A stretch of 64,000 nt of DNA from positions 1,240,860 to 1,304,859 of the forward strand of contig OZ316893.1 in the NCBI GenBank assembly GCA_973895155.1. Direction: 5' to 3'. The notes below the pieces were generated by a model. The model was given only the letters and a program-made list of their open reading frames with translations. It was not told where the DNA came from and did not search any database. The position numbers and the translations under genes were made by a program. The first letter of the stretch is position 1; each line of letters begins with the position of its first letter. Below are positions 11,662 through 24,170 of this stretch, in pieces. This DNA is from Marsupella aquatica (taxonomy: Eukaryota; Plantae; Marchantiophyta).

Positions 11662-12335
11662 GCCAATAAATGTGCCTAAATCTCTAATATGCAATCCCCC
11701 TCTTTCTTTCTAAACTCATTTAAACACAAATTTTTATAGGCCAATAAATGTGGCCTTTTTGTCACGGCCTTTTTGTCACGGCCTTTTTGTCACGCTTCTC
11801 CTAGACTTATACTGGCACTCTAAATCTCTAATATGCAATCCCCCTCTTTCTTTCTAAACTCATTTAAACACAAATCTTTATAGGCCAATAAATGTGGCCT
11901 TTTTGTCACGCTTCTCCTAGACTTATATGGGCACTCTAAATCTCTAGTATGCAATCCCCCTCTTTCTTTCTAAACTCATTTAAACACAAATCTTTATAGG
12001 CCAATAAATGTGGCCTTTTTGTCACGCTTCTCCTAGACTTATACCGGCACTCTAAATCCCTAATATGCGGCACTCTAAATCCCTAATATGCAATCCCCCT
12101 CTTTCTTTCTAAACTTGTATAGACACAATAATATTCAATCCTGCTCATTCTTTCTAAACTCAGTTAAACACAAATCTTTATAGGCCAATAAATGTGGCCT
12201 TTTTGTCACGCTTCTCCTAGACTTATACTTAGAGCACTCTAAATCTCTAATATGCAATCCCCCTCTTTCTTTCTAAACTTGTATAGACACAATAATATTC
12301 AATCCTGCTCATTCCCTCTAAAGTCATTTAACACA
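11659..12335. repeat. ~116-bp tandem array starting at the SDR stop codon
   Basis: taggccaataaatgtg at 11659, 11737, 11881, 11997 and 12181; nested ggcctttttgtcac x3. Confidence 0.9.
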
Positions 12336-12479
12336 ATACTATTCCAAATCCAGATGTTGATCTGTCATTGTTGTAGTAAGTTTAAGAGAGAGCATCCAAG
12401 GCTCTTCTCCACACTACAGTATACGACCGTGCACTTTCTTTCTCATGGTTCATGAAGAGAAATCTCTGTGGCCTTCGAC

Positions 12480-13625
12480 TATGGTGACTTTTCCCTCACC
12501 ATTGTACACATTTTTTGTGCCCCGTTGGTGCTCACTATAATTTGCACACTCCTTGAAATCTAATTACTAAGCCAACTTGTGCACTCCCTAGAATGTTGGA
12601 GAGAGGGATGGTGGAGAAAGTGTGGACCCACAAGACAAGTCTAAGTTGATCACTTGAATGGAAGCTAGCTCCAGAGGTCAAGCAGTCATATTTGTTACTT
12701 ATTCTTAGACTGTTAATACATGCAAACTCTCCAGGCAAACTCTACAATATGCAATCTTGCTCTTTCTTTCTTAGGGTATGTTTACAAAATGACCTTATGG
12801 AGGGAGGCTAGGCCAACCTCGCTAGCCGTTTGATTATGGTGACAGTTTTTCCTAGCCATTGTACCCTTTCCTTTGTGCAACCTGTTCACTCTCCCTGTAG
12901 CTCAGACATGCCTTTAAATCTAGTTGCGGGTCTAGTTGTCAGGCCAACTCATAGACTCCTTGCAACATCGAGACTAAAGGAGGGGATATTTGAGAAGTGT
13001 GGACACACACTGAGGATGAGTTTAAGTGGACCACAAGCAAAGGTTAAGTTGTTTCACATGTCATAGACTAATTGACTTATCTATGTACTTCTTCTCATGG
13101 TTGTTCACAATATGTCTTTCTAACCCAGCTTCCCTGGCCATTCAAGTATGTGGGCAGTTTATCCTAGCCATTGTGCACCTTTTTCAAGCACAACCCATCA
13201 CTCTCCCTGCAGCCCGCACACTCCTTGAAATCCAGTTCCTAGGTCAACCTGTGGACACCCCACAACCTCGAAGATGAAAGGAGGCGGTAGAGAAGCTGTG
13301 GACACTCATTGAGAAAGAGTTTTAAGCAGATTGGTGTAGTAGAAGGTGCTTAAGTCAAGTTGTCATGTGTGTCATATACGTACAGACTTATCTATCTATC
13401 TATCTAAAGAATATAATATGCATTCTTGCTCTTTGTTTCTCATGGTTAGTTCACAAAATGTCATTTTGGTGAGAAGCCTCCTTGGTCACTATCATATGGA
13501 ACATTGTTTCCTGGCCATTGTGCACCTTTTTGCACACCCTACCCGTCACGCTCACTCTAGCATGCACACACCTTGAAACTTAGTTGCCAGGATGACTCAC
13601 GAATACCCCACAACTTCCAACTGCC
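12480..13625. repeat. Old, diverged ~310-350-bp tandem repeats (4 copies)
   Basis: ccattgt(a/g)c at about 12500, 12856, 13168 and 13514, each followed by a cac(a)c(t)ccttgaaa-like motif. Confidence 0.55.
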
Positions 13626-13949
13626 TGGACATCTCTAAGTCCATAGGTCATACTGAGCAAGTCTTCACAACTAAACTCTTCCTTTCACTCAACTGGTTCA
13701 GTGATGTTGAGCACTCATTAACTAAGTCCTGCTCTGCATATAATAGTAGCACATCTAAATTTAACATGACTACGGTTAGACTAATTGTGATTACGTAGTA
13801 ATTCTAGACATAAGAGAAAATTAACAAATCTTGCTGAGCCACTGAGAAACGATGATATTTCTTTCTGATGGGTAGTAACATCTTCATCTTTTGATTTGAC
13901 CAAAGACATCTGTAACAGATGGGCAATGATACTTTTAACAAATTCGACT

Positions 13950-14082
13950 CTTGGGCTTTTGGGGCTATGTGGTCTTCCTGGCTAGGGTTTTCCTCTATCT
14001 TCTCCCCTTTACTGGGTTTTCTGCCCTTTGGGACCTGTCTCCAGGTTTGGCGCCTTTTGTTCTTTGGCAGTGCTATATACTA
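13950..14082 (+). mobile_element. Isolated 3' tail of the CRE-like retroelement family
   Basis: ctttgggacctgtctccaggtttggcg...ggcagtgctatata resembles 6830-6886 ctttgggatcttgtctccaggtttggcg...ggcactgtgttatata. Confidence 0.65.
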
Positions 14083-14594
14083 CATGGGTGAGCCTCTATG
14101 CAGTGAATATTCATAACATATTTTGCTAGGATTCTTTATTAGAGACGAACCTCAAGATCGAGGCTAATTAATGAGATTATCATTGATTAGCCCCGTACCT
14201 TGCTGCCCGCTGCCCAGTATTACGGACGTTTGAATTAGAATAAATACCTAGGGCGTGTCATTCTGGACACCAGCTGCCCCTGGTCTTGGTGGTAGAGGGA
14301 ACTCACTGGCACGGGGCAGGTTCCTGGTTCGAATTCTGCTAGTGACAATGTGTGATTTTTGTCAATCACCCCACCCAAAAGTGGGGATCATTCACCTTCT
14401 ACTTACACTTAGAAAAAATATGAGCGAGAAGAAGATGCGGGCAGCAGGTGTGGGCAGTGGGAGGCGAAAAGGTACGGGAGGCTCATTATGAGCCTCGAAG
14501 TTGTCTTTCGTCGTGAATGGATTCTTTGCTAAAATAATACAAAGAAGCTTTATGTGAAGTGGTATAACTTGCCTAGTCAAGGTATCTTTTATAT

Positions 14595-15226
14595 TGGGTT
14601 TTACTAGATTGCCACCTTTTTGTGGAACATCACTAGTTGTCACTTTGTTAGATTATTTATGACATTGTCACTTTTCTCATCACAGGTTAAGCCACTTAGA
14701 CCTGGTTAGCCAAAACAGATCTTTCTGCCCTTGGATTGTCACATTGAACAATCTGATGGTTGTAGTAAACCTTGATCAGATTTACGCAGCCCCACTACTG
14801 GTCCTCTAGGGCAGAGTTCCCCCCTTCAATGCAGGCTCTGCCCCCACCCTCACCTCCCTATTTCCAGAGTGCCTCCCCTGTCCTTGGGTCTGTCTTCAAG
14901 CTCTGAGCGTGATGGGGACTGTCAGACTCTCCAATGTATTTCAGGGCCATAGGATCTTTGGTAGTGAACCACGGCTAAGTCACTAGAGCCACATCAAAAA
15001 GCCGCACTGTAGTAATCTAAATAACAATTCAGAATCAAAACAACATTCTGCAGCCTATGGTCTAGGGTGAAGTGTCTAGACTGAGTGTGGTGCTGGGGTT
15101 GGGCAACAGGTGAGGATGGTAACCATAGGCCCGACCAGAGCTTGGGCATTCTTGCTAGTTAAATTAAAAATGATGGCAAATCATGACATCTGACCAAGAA
15201 GGTGGCAATCTACATTAGTAAACTCA
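14595..15226. mobile_element. Degenerate MITE with imperfect TIRs
   Basis: tgggttttactagattgccaccttttt pairs with aagaaggtggcaatctacattagtaaactca; TSD not resolvable. Confidence 0.6.
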
Positions 15227-16422
15227 GTTTTTTTTAAACATTGTCCCTTCTCCTCCACTAGGAAAACGGAAGAGGTGTTTTTATGTTTGAATGAATCACC
15301 ACTGTCCACCAGGTTGGGGAGGACAATAAACGTACTTTTTATTCTTTAAGAACATTATTCACTCATTTTAGTAACTGGATCCACCAGTTTTGCTTTGGGA
15401 CACTGGCTCTTTAACAAGAGAGGTGTTTGCATTGGCAACATTATGGAACATGTAATGCATGCTTGTCCTAGCTCAGCGTTTTGGAGAAGATTTATCCCGA
15501 AGATGTCACTGAAGATGATAAGATCCATGGTACTCTTGGCGCATTCACAAGCCATTCATTTATAGATCCTTGCTGAGCACAAATCCCCAAATCAATCTCT
15601 CCCAGCTATTACCTTTCCATATCATTATCATATTCAGGGAACAAAAAGGAAAACATGGCCAAATAACAAGAGGAACAAAACTGGAGAGAAGATCCCACAG
15701 GCGCACGAGGCCCAATATTCCCAATCCTCATAGGTGACTCACTCTGTACCCTATCAGATTTGATCTTGAGCAATACCCTTGATATTTTTTTCTTTTTCCT
15801 TTTTTTGGGGGCGCCATGCCACACATTATTGTCATGGACAATATGTCTTGCACATGTACCAACATCATGCGATCCCATTGCACTGTACAGATCATGCCAT
15901 CCCAGCTCACCTCATATTTCTATCCCATTTGATCGCTAATTAATTTTGCTAAGGACTAGATACGTAAAATTAAAAAGATTAAAAAAACCGTGGGACTCCA
16001 TAAATCTTAGATGAGCAGCAATGTTGCCTTCCTAGTAGTATCCTTGCATTCCAGCAATGCGAATGCTGACTCAGAAAGGTCTCTACAATGGTCACCTTTG
16101 GTGATAGTGTCTGTGACTTTCCAGCCTACTACTACATGCCACTAGAGAAAACCCTGATTGTCTTCAAGTGATTGAATGGCTGCATGTATCTACAGTAGGA
16201 TATTAGTTGCAAAACTTGACTAAATTCAAAAGCCTCTGTTGCCTTGCCCACCTTCCCTCCCTGCTCATTGTTCCAGCCCAGTCACCTGTATGCAGGATGT
16301 CTTTCATGAGGTGATCAAAGGTGGGCTCAAAGGCCACCTGGAGCTTTGTGATGAGGCATCAGAAAGGGCAAAATGGGCAATGGAGGCAAGACAGGTTAAG
16401 GCTTCGGGTTGAGGTGGAATAT

Positions 16423-16498
16423 ACATGACAAGCTAATGAGAAATCCTGCACATGACAAGCTAATGAGAAATCCTGCACATGACAAACTAATGAGAAAA
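16423..16498. repeat. 27-bp tandem repeat x3
   Basis: acatgacaagctaatgagaaatcctgc repeated. Confidence 0.9.
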
Positions 16499-17125
16499 AC
16501 CAATGTCACCAAATTTTGCTACTACCCTAAACTTTGGGCTATATATGGGGTTTGTTGAGCTATAAAGCTACACACTAACATCTAAGTCCATAGGTGGGGG
16601 TCTACTGGGTCTGTTATGCCATTGATAAAATGTGCCCTGTGGATGTAAAGTATACAGTTTAGGACCTGGGATCTCACTTAATAAGATATAAAGGTGACCA
16701 TAGATACGGTCCCACTTGTCGTCTCACTGCTTGTGGTTGTTTGTTGTCGAGCTTCTTGTCTGCAGCCACAGTCGTGCCTTTGCAGATGCTGAAATGCTAA
16801 TGGAATTTCTTGGGCCTGGTCTAGCTTTGCATGTTATGTTGCTTTTTCTTTGTAGACCTTTGCATTCAAAATATGGTCCAAGGTATCTCTTAAACAAAAA
16901 ATGTCCTCTCCATTGTTCAGTATTGGGTTGTCTGCCTTTGCCATAGCTCCAAGCTTGAGTGCAAGTGGCAAAGAGGCCTGTTTGAATGGAAAGGGGATCC
17001 TCTATGAGACATTTTTGCTGACTGGTAGTTGGAACATTGCACAAACCTTTTCCGACTTGCTTAGTGCTTCCATTGAAGAGCACACACAAGCTCTGATAGA
17101 CACGCTGCATTAGGACATTGAGTCT

Positions 17126-17470
17126 ATGAAGCTAGAGGAAGGTCCAGTAGTACCTAGCCTAGTTGTAGTGAGTGTGCAAGGACCACCTTCTTTTGAAATC
17201 TTAGATGGGGATGAATCCTTCCAGAAAACCCTTGCCAGGGGTGGAGGGAATGCTTCTGCTTTTGTTGATAAATGGGCTAGGAACTACTTAAACAAATTTT
17301 GTATGTTTAAGAGATTGGATGCCACAGTTCCTCTTGTTGACTTGTCAGCACATAATTGCAGTAATCTGTTCACAAAGTTCTTTGAGCAAGTGACCAAGAA
17401 CGGTGGAGCTCTCTACCCAAATCAGACCCTTATGGGCCTCTACCATGTATTCCACTAAATCTTGCATTAA
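17126..17470 (+). pseudogene. Remnant resembling the N-terminal part of Crypton/DUF3504-type (ZMYM/QRICH1/KCTD1-like) tyrosine recombinases
   Basis: KWARNYLNKF..LVDLS..SNLFTKFFEQVTKNGGALYPNQTLMGLY fits the recalled pattern KWA..F...L.KFF.EV.K.DG..YP..TL..L; stop codons follow. Confidence 0.45.
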
Positions 17471-19365
17471 AAGCAAGAAGCTTAGTCAGGTGAGGACAAG
17501 CCAATTTGAGGACAAGCCAATTTGATTGGAAGGATTGAGACAACTTTAGTCCTTGCAGGTGGCATGAAGAGAGTAGGGTGCAGAATTAATATCCACTTTT
17601 CCCAGTTCAAGGACACATGGTGACATGGGGTCCCTCAACAATTGCACAGTGAACATCAGTATTGAGAAATTAAATGCTTGAGTTACTAGACATGAATCAG
17701 AAGTTGTATTGTGGTAGCTTAGCTTTAAATGGTCTGACAATAGTGTATTAGATTGTCTGAAGCCTGCTTGGCACATATTCTCTCCTATATGTACGAAAAA
17801 GCTAGAGGCAAACCTTGCCCTGCAAGGCTGAGTATACAGTGCTGGGCAAACATTTACTTGCAATCCCACCTTGTCCACAATTTTTATTATTTTAAATAAA
17901 GTTTCATCTCCAGAGTGGGAATTTCATCTTTTAACTACGAGACTCTCAGAATTTTGTATGTAGAATTTTGAATTTGCAACTTGTACAGCTCTCACAATAT
18001 GCGCATACCCAGGTACGTACCTGCGGGAACAAGCAATCAACTCAAGTCCATAAACTCAAAGACCATATAAATACGGATCATTTTTAATGAGAGATAATCA
18101 AGACCAAAAACTGGCAGCAGCTACAATAGAGCCCCACAACGCTTTCACGGAATATTTTCGTGCTTTTTGCTTTTTGCTTACAATATTAATATACGTCGCT
18201 TTTGGGGGGCTCTAGCTGCTGCCAGATTTTGGCACGAAAATAGGTAAGCAAAACAGAGATCTCCCACGTTTGTCGCCTCCCAAGGAAAGGACATTCTACT
18301 TTTTGCACTTTCCAGTTTCACCGCCATCACTAATGACAAAAGCTAGGTTTATGATTATATTGCGGAGTCCAATTTTCCTCTCTCGTCTTATTTGGATTGT
18401 TAGCACAACTACAGACGTTTTGCTTACTCAAATTGAGTACGAAGATATTGTACGGAAAGTACGGTACTTGTTCGATCACCCTTGTTAATATAAAAATATA
18501 TACAAACTTTTTACCCTTGTTAATGACCTCGAAAAACGTTTTGAGTGGAGCTGCCAAATAAAGTCAATAGCAGTATCTTACTATTTGGAGGCTAACGTTA
18601 ATTACTTTATCTTACCTCGGAGTTGCTGTTGGATGGACTATCGTTTGGATACCTTTGTGGTCGATTGGTCTAAGAACTGTGGTGGACCAAAAAGTTTTGA
18701 CAACTAAAAACAAACATAATTATATTTTTGTGTGTGGTGGTGCCAAAAAGCCCACGTCGCCTCTTGAAGAGGCTCAAAATCTAAAGTCTCCTTCACTTAT
18801 CTTCTACACATAAGTTTTCATACAAAAGAAAAATATCATGTGAATGAAAAAATGATATATGAACAGAAATTACAAATTGCCCTCATAAGCTATCAACTTT
18901 AGAATACTATTTTTCAGAAATACAAGTGGTTCTAATGCCACCAAGCTTGTCATTCAACTGAGAACCCACGGACCTCCTGCTTGATGTGAACCCACGGACC
19001 TCTTTCTTTACTGGTTTGTGTGTCAATTTGGTGTCAACTTGGTGTGTCAACTTGGCTAGACAATTGTCCAATCATAAGGAAGGGATAGAGGATTTCAGAG
19101 GCTACTCTTAGAAAGTGATTTATTCAAAATAGCATAGTGTAGGATATGATCTGTTGTTTGTCTCCCCATACTTAGGGTGGCGTTACAAGAAGTAGGGCCT
19201 ATTACTTCGTTTTACCATACAAGCTAGATTCTAGACCAAATAATGCATGGACGATTGGAAGAGTATGCATTGGGCTTTACAATAACTTCCGATGTGGGCC
19301 CAGAATGAGATTTCTTTGTCTTGAATTGTAGATTACCTCCACAGGTGGTCCAAACATTTCCAAGG

Positions 19366-20049
19366 TGCTATATGGTGAATCCAACTCTCATGTTTTGTCT
19401 TATTCATATTTCTGTATCATGAATTTTTATTTGAATGTACCTTAACAAGGGGTATCCTTTGTATCACATAGACTTTTAAGTCATTTTTGGACCCCTTTAA
19501 ATTTTTGGTATTCTATAGTGTTTTGAATTTATTTTGATAGCCCCCTTAATTTGTATAATTTGTAAACTTTGTTAAGTCCTAGAGAGAAACTAAGGGCTTC
19601 ATTTTCTATGGCTTTTAAGTATACTCATGAGTGAGAGGAATGATTCTAAGAAATGTCAACACATCCTGTCTTAAGCTCCCCTTGTGGCTTTCTTTCCTAA
19701 GTTTATAGTTTTTATTGAATAAGAATCATTAATAAGAAACACTGAAATACGTGCACAACTCCTAGGATCTTTGTGTAATAAAATTGTACTTTCCATTGGT
19801 CACTATGTGCTTTTATTGCATGTGCTTTATTTATATTATTTGATTTCATTGTGCACAACTCGTAGCAATTTTGTGTAATAAAATTGTACTTTCCATTGGT
19901 CACTATGTGCTTTTATTGCATGTACTTTATTTATATTATTTGATTTCATTCACATTTAATATGTATTCTAGTTTTACTCTTTAATTTTGTCCACTTAATA
20001 TCACTAGAAGACAAAAAGTAAAGCATGTTCCAGGATGAGCATGCTATAT
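19366..20049 (+). repeat. Dispersed AT-rich non-coding element, copy 1, bracketed by a ~45-bp direct repeat
   Basis: Homologous to 22745-23270 and, inverted, to 60033-60605; tcttgaattgtagattacctccacaggtggtccaaacatttccaa at ~19319 and ~20049. Confidence 0.7.
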
Positions 20050-20199
20050 CTTGAATTGTAGATTACCTCCACAGGTGGTCCAAACATTTCCAAAACAGGC
20101 TCCTTCATTGGGGGATTTGTATTTATTTACCTTTATTTCAAAAGGCTGTTAGTCTAAAGTTGATCTTGAGAACAAGAAGTGTGTCTATAGTTTCCTTTG

Positions 20200-21470
20200 A
20201 TGAGAAACAAGCCACACGTGCCCCCATGTGTAAAACACTAAAACCACCTTAGGCCGTCTTGCATGTTGGCGCCCCTTGACTTTCCAGCCCACAACCAAAG
20301 GGGTGGGATTCCAACATTATTATTTTTTGCATCAACCTCTTCCTGAGGCAGGCCTGACTGCATATGCAATAGATAACCAAGGGCAACGGTGGAAAATTTA
20401 CGTCCCTTGAGGTCGTGAACCTTGAAAATTGAATAGAACAGAGAAAGTTCATACTTAGAGAAGTTCACACCTAGGAATGTGGCAGATTCTATTGAGAGTC
20501 AGACCCACTTTTTCTTGACAGTTTAGGAGTGCTAAGGGGAGTAGAAGAAAGTACTCTTGATATACAAGATTGCCCTTAGGTTGGCTGTAGAAGCCCTTGA
20601 GTGTGTTTTACTAAAGCTAGCTTATTATCCATTTAACATCCTAAAGATATTGGGACTAAAAGAGAGTTTGGAATCATTTTCTGGCCCCAATGTCTTGTAA
20701 AGTGAATTGGAGCCAATGGTGCTAGAATAATTTTTGCTAGGAGACAAAGTTGGGGATCTACTCCAACTTAAAGTCACATACTTCTTTGGTTAGGGCCTTT
20801 CTTGCTCTGACAAGAGAAAATCCCATGAGGGGCATGTGGGTACACTTTTTATGTGAAAATAGGAAAATAGGAATGGATCAGCAGCCATATGAAGAGACCT
20901 CCAAGAGATTTTCCTGTAAAATCTGGGACAAAAATGTGCTCTACATAAGCAAAACTTGCCCCCCACTCCATGCCATGTAGGATGGGCAACAGTTTAGATG
21001 GAAACGGCCCCCAACATCTAGTAAAATGAACAATATGTCTAAGTCAAGCGCAATGACGAGAAACCAGTTTCAGATGAGAGAAAGCTTCATAGCTTGTGAA
21101 GAAAAATGAACACTCTTCTACTCATTGCGAGGCACTCGGTCCCTCTTGCAAAAAACCGTCAAAATCTAGAACCTCCGATCAATGATTTCTAAGCACCATT
21201 AGAAAGCCCTTGCACCGATCTATTTGTTGAGCCCATAACATTCAAGTTTCATACGACAAAACTCCAAATAAATCATCGACACTGAATGCTGGAAAATATC
21301 GTCGCAAAAAGACCTCGTCACCTCCCAGGCATACTCTGATACCAATTGTTGAGTAAAGACTACATTCACAACTGGAGACCAGGAAAAAGATGAAAGTGCT
21401 TCCCCAAGTCTTGTAAGGCCACCCTTAGCAGCTGTGAGTAACAAGAGCATGCTTAGGGGAGGCATTGGAG
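20200..21470 (-). mobile_element. Degenerate LTR-retrotransposon 5' remnant (LTR end plus tRNA-iMet PBS); outer limits uncertain
   Basis: The minus strand reads ...CTCAACA-AT-TGGTATCAGAG (plus 21334-21353), a canonical LTR 3' end followed by a Met PBS; no intact ORF or partner LTR found. Confidence 0.55.
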
Positions 21471-22744
21471 GGGCCTTTTTTAAGAAAAACAGTGAAAGTG
21501 TAGGGGCAATGGTGGTGGTGGAGTATCAGGTTAAATTGCAACTATCTGTGGCCGGAATGCTGGTTAGATTGTTAAGGAAGTGTACAGGCAAGGATATTTA
21601 GGAATTTGTCTAATAAAGGATTTTTAACTAGTTCCTGAGTTATTCTAGGAATTTGATTCTCTTGCTCTTATAAACCAAACCATAACCCATTGATTCCTAT
21701 TTTGGTGAGACTATTTGTTTTAGTGGTATCTTATACAATGCAGCTTAGTTGGGTAATGACAGTTCTTATCTGATCTGAATTGCAATTTGACAAGGATACT
21801 ACTAAGGAGGTAGATTGAATTTCACTGCTAAGTGAACTTATTTAAGGTATCTTCCAATGCCTATGGCATGGGTTTGTGCAATATCAAACTAATTAAAGTC
21901 ACAAATTACTTATGGCAGTTAGTAATTAGGTTTGCTACATCTCCACCATTTTTTGTCCAGATTATGCTTTGCCAGCTTGTTTAGTTGAATTACAACTTTG
22001 CCAAACCAGGAGGCCTGATTCCAAATGCAGAGAAATTTGTCTAGAGTCCCTAAAACTAACAGCCTCAGCACTCCCCAAAATAGTGAATGTCTCTAATAAT
22101 AATACAACACACACTAGGTGTCTACAAGGGCACTTACCACATAGATGAGTAATATGAGAAAGTTGTTACTAGAGTAAATAAATATGCAAAGAATGTACTT
22201 GATGATACTGAACAGGAGGGCATCTCAAACCTCTTGGTTATGGCTCTGGTACACAGTCACAAGGGTTTTCCTGGAAATGGAAATAAAGTGGCGCACTTGC
22301 AAACACGTGGATTACCACCACTTGTGACCAAAGTCCTAAGCTCATAGTGAACCCATAGTTTCAAACAGGGAATCTTTTTGTGGCCCTTCAGATTTGAGAC
22401 CCCTACCGTAGTACAAATCCTATGTGCCAACACGCATGATTGCAGCCTTGAAGAATTTGGCCTACATCACTTGCAACCTTTTTTGGGAAAAGTACATCTT
22501 GTCCCTGATATGTGTGATCATTGCCCTTGGATTCACTCTTTGTCATTGCCCCATACAAATTATGGAGGAGACGTTATGTTTTATTTGGAATTCACAGGAC
22601 GTGACTTCAAGGGCAGGACAGCTTCCTGTCCTTGCCTTTGGTTTTGTACTTTGTATGGGATATGCTTCCTGTCCTTGACTTTGGTTATGCACTTTGTATG
22701 AGACAAGCCCCACTGGACAAGGAGGATTCTTTGAAATTGCTATA

Positions 22745-23270
22745 TTGCTATATGGTGAATGCACTTTTTAGATTTTGTCTTATTGATAATTTTGGTGTCA
22801 TGTATTTTTATTTCAATGTGCCTTATCAAGGGGCATCTTTTGTATCATATAGGTTTTAATTAATTTTTGAACCCCTTTAATTTTAGGTATCTTAGAGATT
22901 TTTGAACTCATTTTGGCAGCCCTCTTAATTTTTAATCCCAATGACTTTAATTTCTGTCACTTGAACAAAGTCTTCTCATGAGAGAGAAAAATGACTGGAG
23001 ATGAACGGGACCACATGGTGTCTTTAAGTTCCCCTCATGATTTTTTTCCCTAAGTTTATGATTTTTATTGAATTGAGTGTCATTAATAAAGCACATTGAA
23101 TATTGAATTAAGTGCACACACATTGTAGTGGCTTTGTGTCTAGTATCTGACTGTACTTTTCATTGGTCATTATGTGCTTTTTTTTGCATGTCCTATTCTA
23201 GTTCTACTCTCTTATTTGATCCACTTACATATCACTACAAGATAAAATATTAAGAACATGCTTTACTATA
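22745..23270 (+). repeat. Dispersed AT-rich element, copy 2
   Basis: tgctatatggtgaat...ttttgtcttatt...caaggggcatc...cattggtcattatgtgctttt shared with 19366-20049. Confidence 0.7.
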
Positions 23271-23429
23271 TCACAAAATTCTCAATAGTGCATCTCAAAG
23301 CTTTGCAATTAAGGATGATGACATTTAACTGTAAAAGATAGGTCATAAATTTTTCATGAGGTCCTGGATTTTTTTGTTTGTTTTTCTTTTCACTAGCTTC
23401 TACAGTGACTTACTATAATGACATACTAC

Positions 23430-23800
23430 CAATCCTTATGGCAAAAAGCTATGCACTATTAATTTAGTAATCTATAACTTTGTGTGTCCTTAAACCCCTA
23501 ACTAGAGAGGTAAGGTCCATCAAATTGTCTCAAATCCTTATGGCAAAAAGTTATGGACTATTAATTTAGTAGTCTATAACTTTGTGTGTCCATAGTCCTG
23601 TAACTAGTGAGGTAAGGTCCATCAAATTATCACTTTGAGATGTCCTAACTAAGGAGGTAGTCCCGTAACTAGTGAGGTAAGGTCCATCAAATTATCACTT
23701 TGAGATGTCCTAACTAAGGAGGTAGTCCCGTAACTAGTGAGGTAAGGTCCATCAAATTGTCACTTTGAGATGTCCTAACTAGAGAGGTAAGGTCCATCAA
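23430..23800. repeat. Composite tandem array (~103-bp pair followed by 65-bp units)
   Basis: taactagtgaggtaaggtccatcaaatt at 23601, 23666 and 23731; aatccttatggcaaaaag at about 23431 and 23533. Confidence 0.9.
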
Positions 23801-24132
23801 CCCCTAATGCACTTATATGCCATGTGTGAAATTGAGGGCTGGAAAATGTAGGGCCCTTTAAAGGCGAGTTGGCTGGCCATTTAGGGGAGATCGGTTGGGA
23901 CAATGGTGACTCGGCTTCGGTCCTGTTCGAGCAGCAAGTAAAGGTAGGGCAATCCTTGTAGTGGACCCCTCCCAGGTTCCATGGAATGCGCCTTTTGGAT
24001 TTCGCCCTCCACCTATTATACTCCCAGCTGCTCTCCTTAGTCTAGTCTCCTTTCCTCCGTCTTCTTCGTGTTCTTCGTGTTCCTCGAGTTCAAATCTCGA
24101 AGCTCTTTTCTTCCACCTCAGTTTCAATTTCC

Positions 24133-24170
24133 CTCTCTCTCTCGCTCTGTCTCTCTCTCGCTCTCTCTCT
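24133..24170. repeat. (CT)n-rich microsatellite, likely in a promoter or 5' leader upstream of GCL1
   Basis: ctctctctctcgctctgtctctctctcgctctctctct at the start of a CpG-retaining region. Confidence 0.7.
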
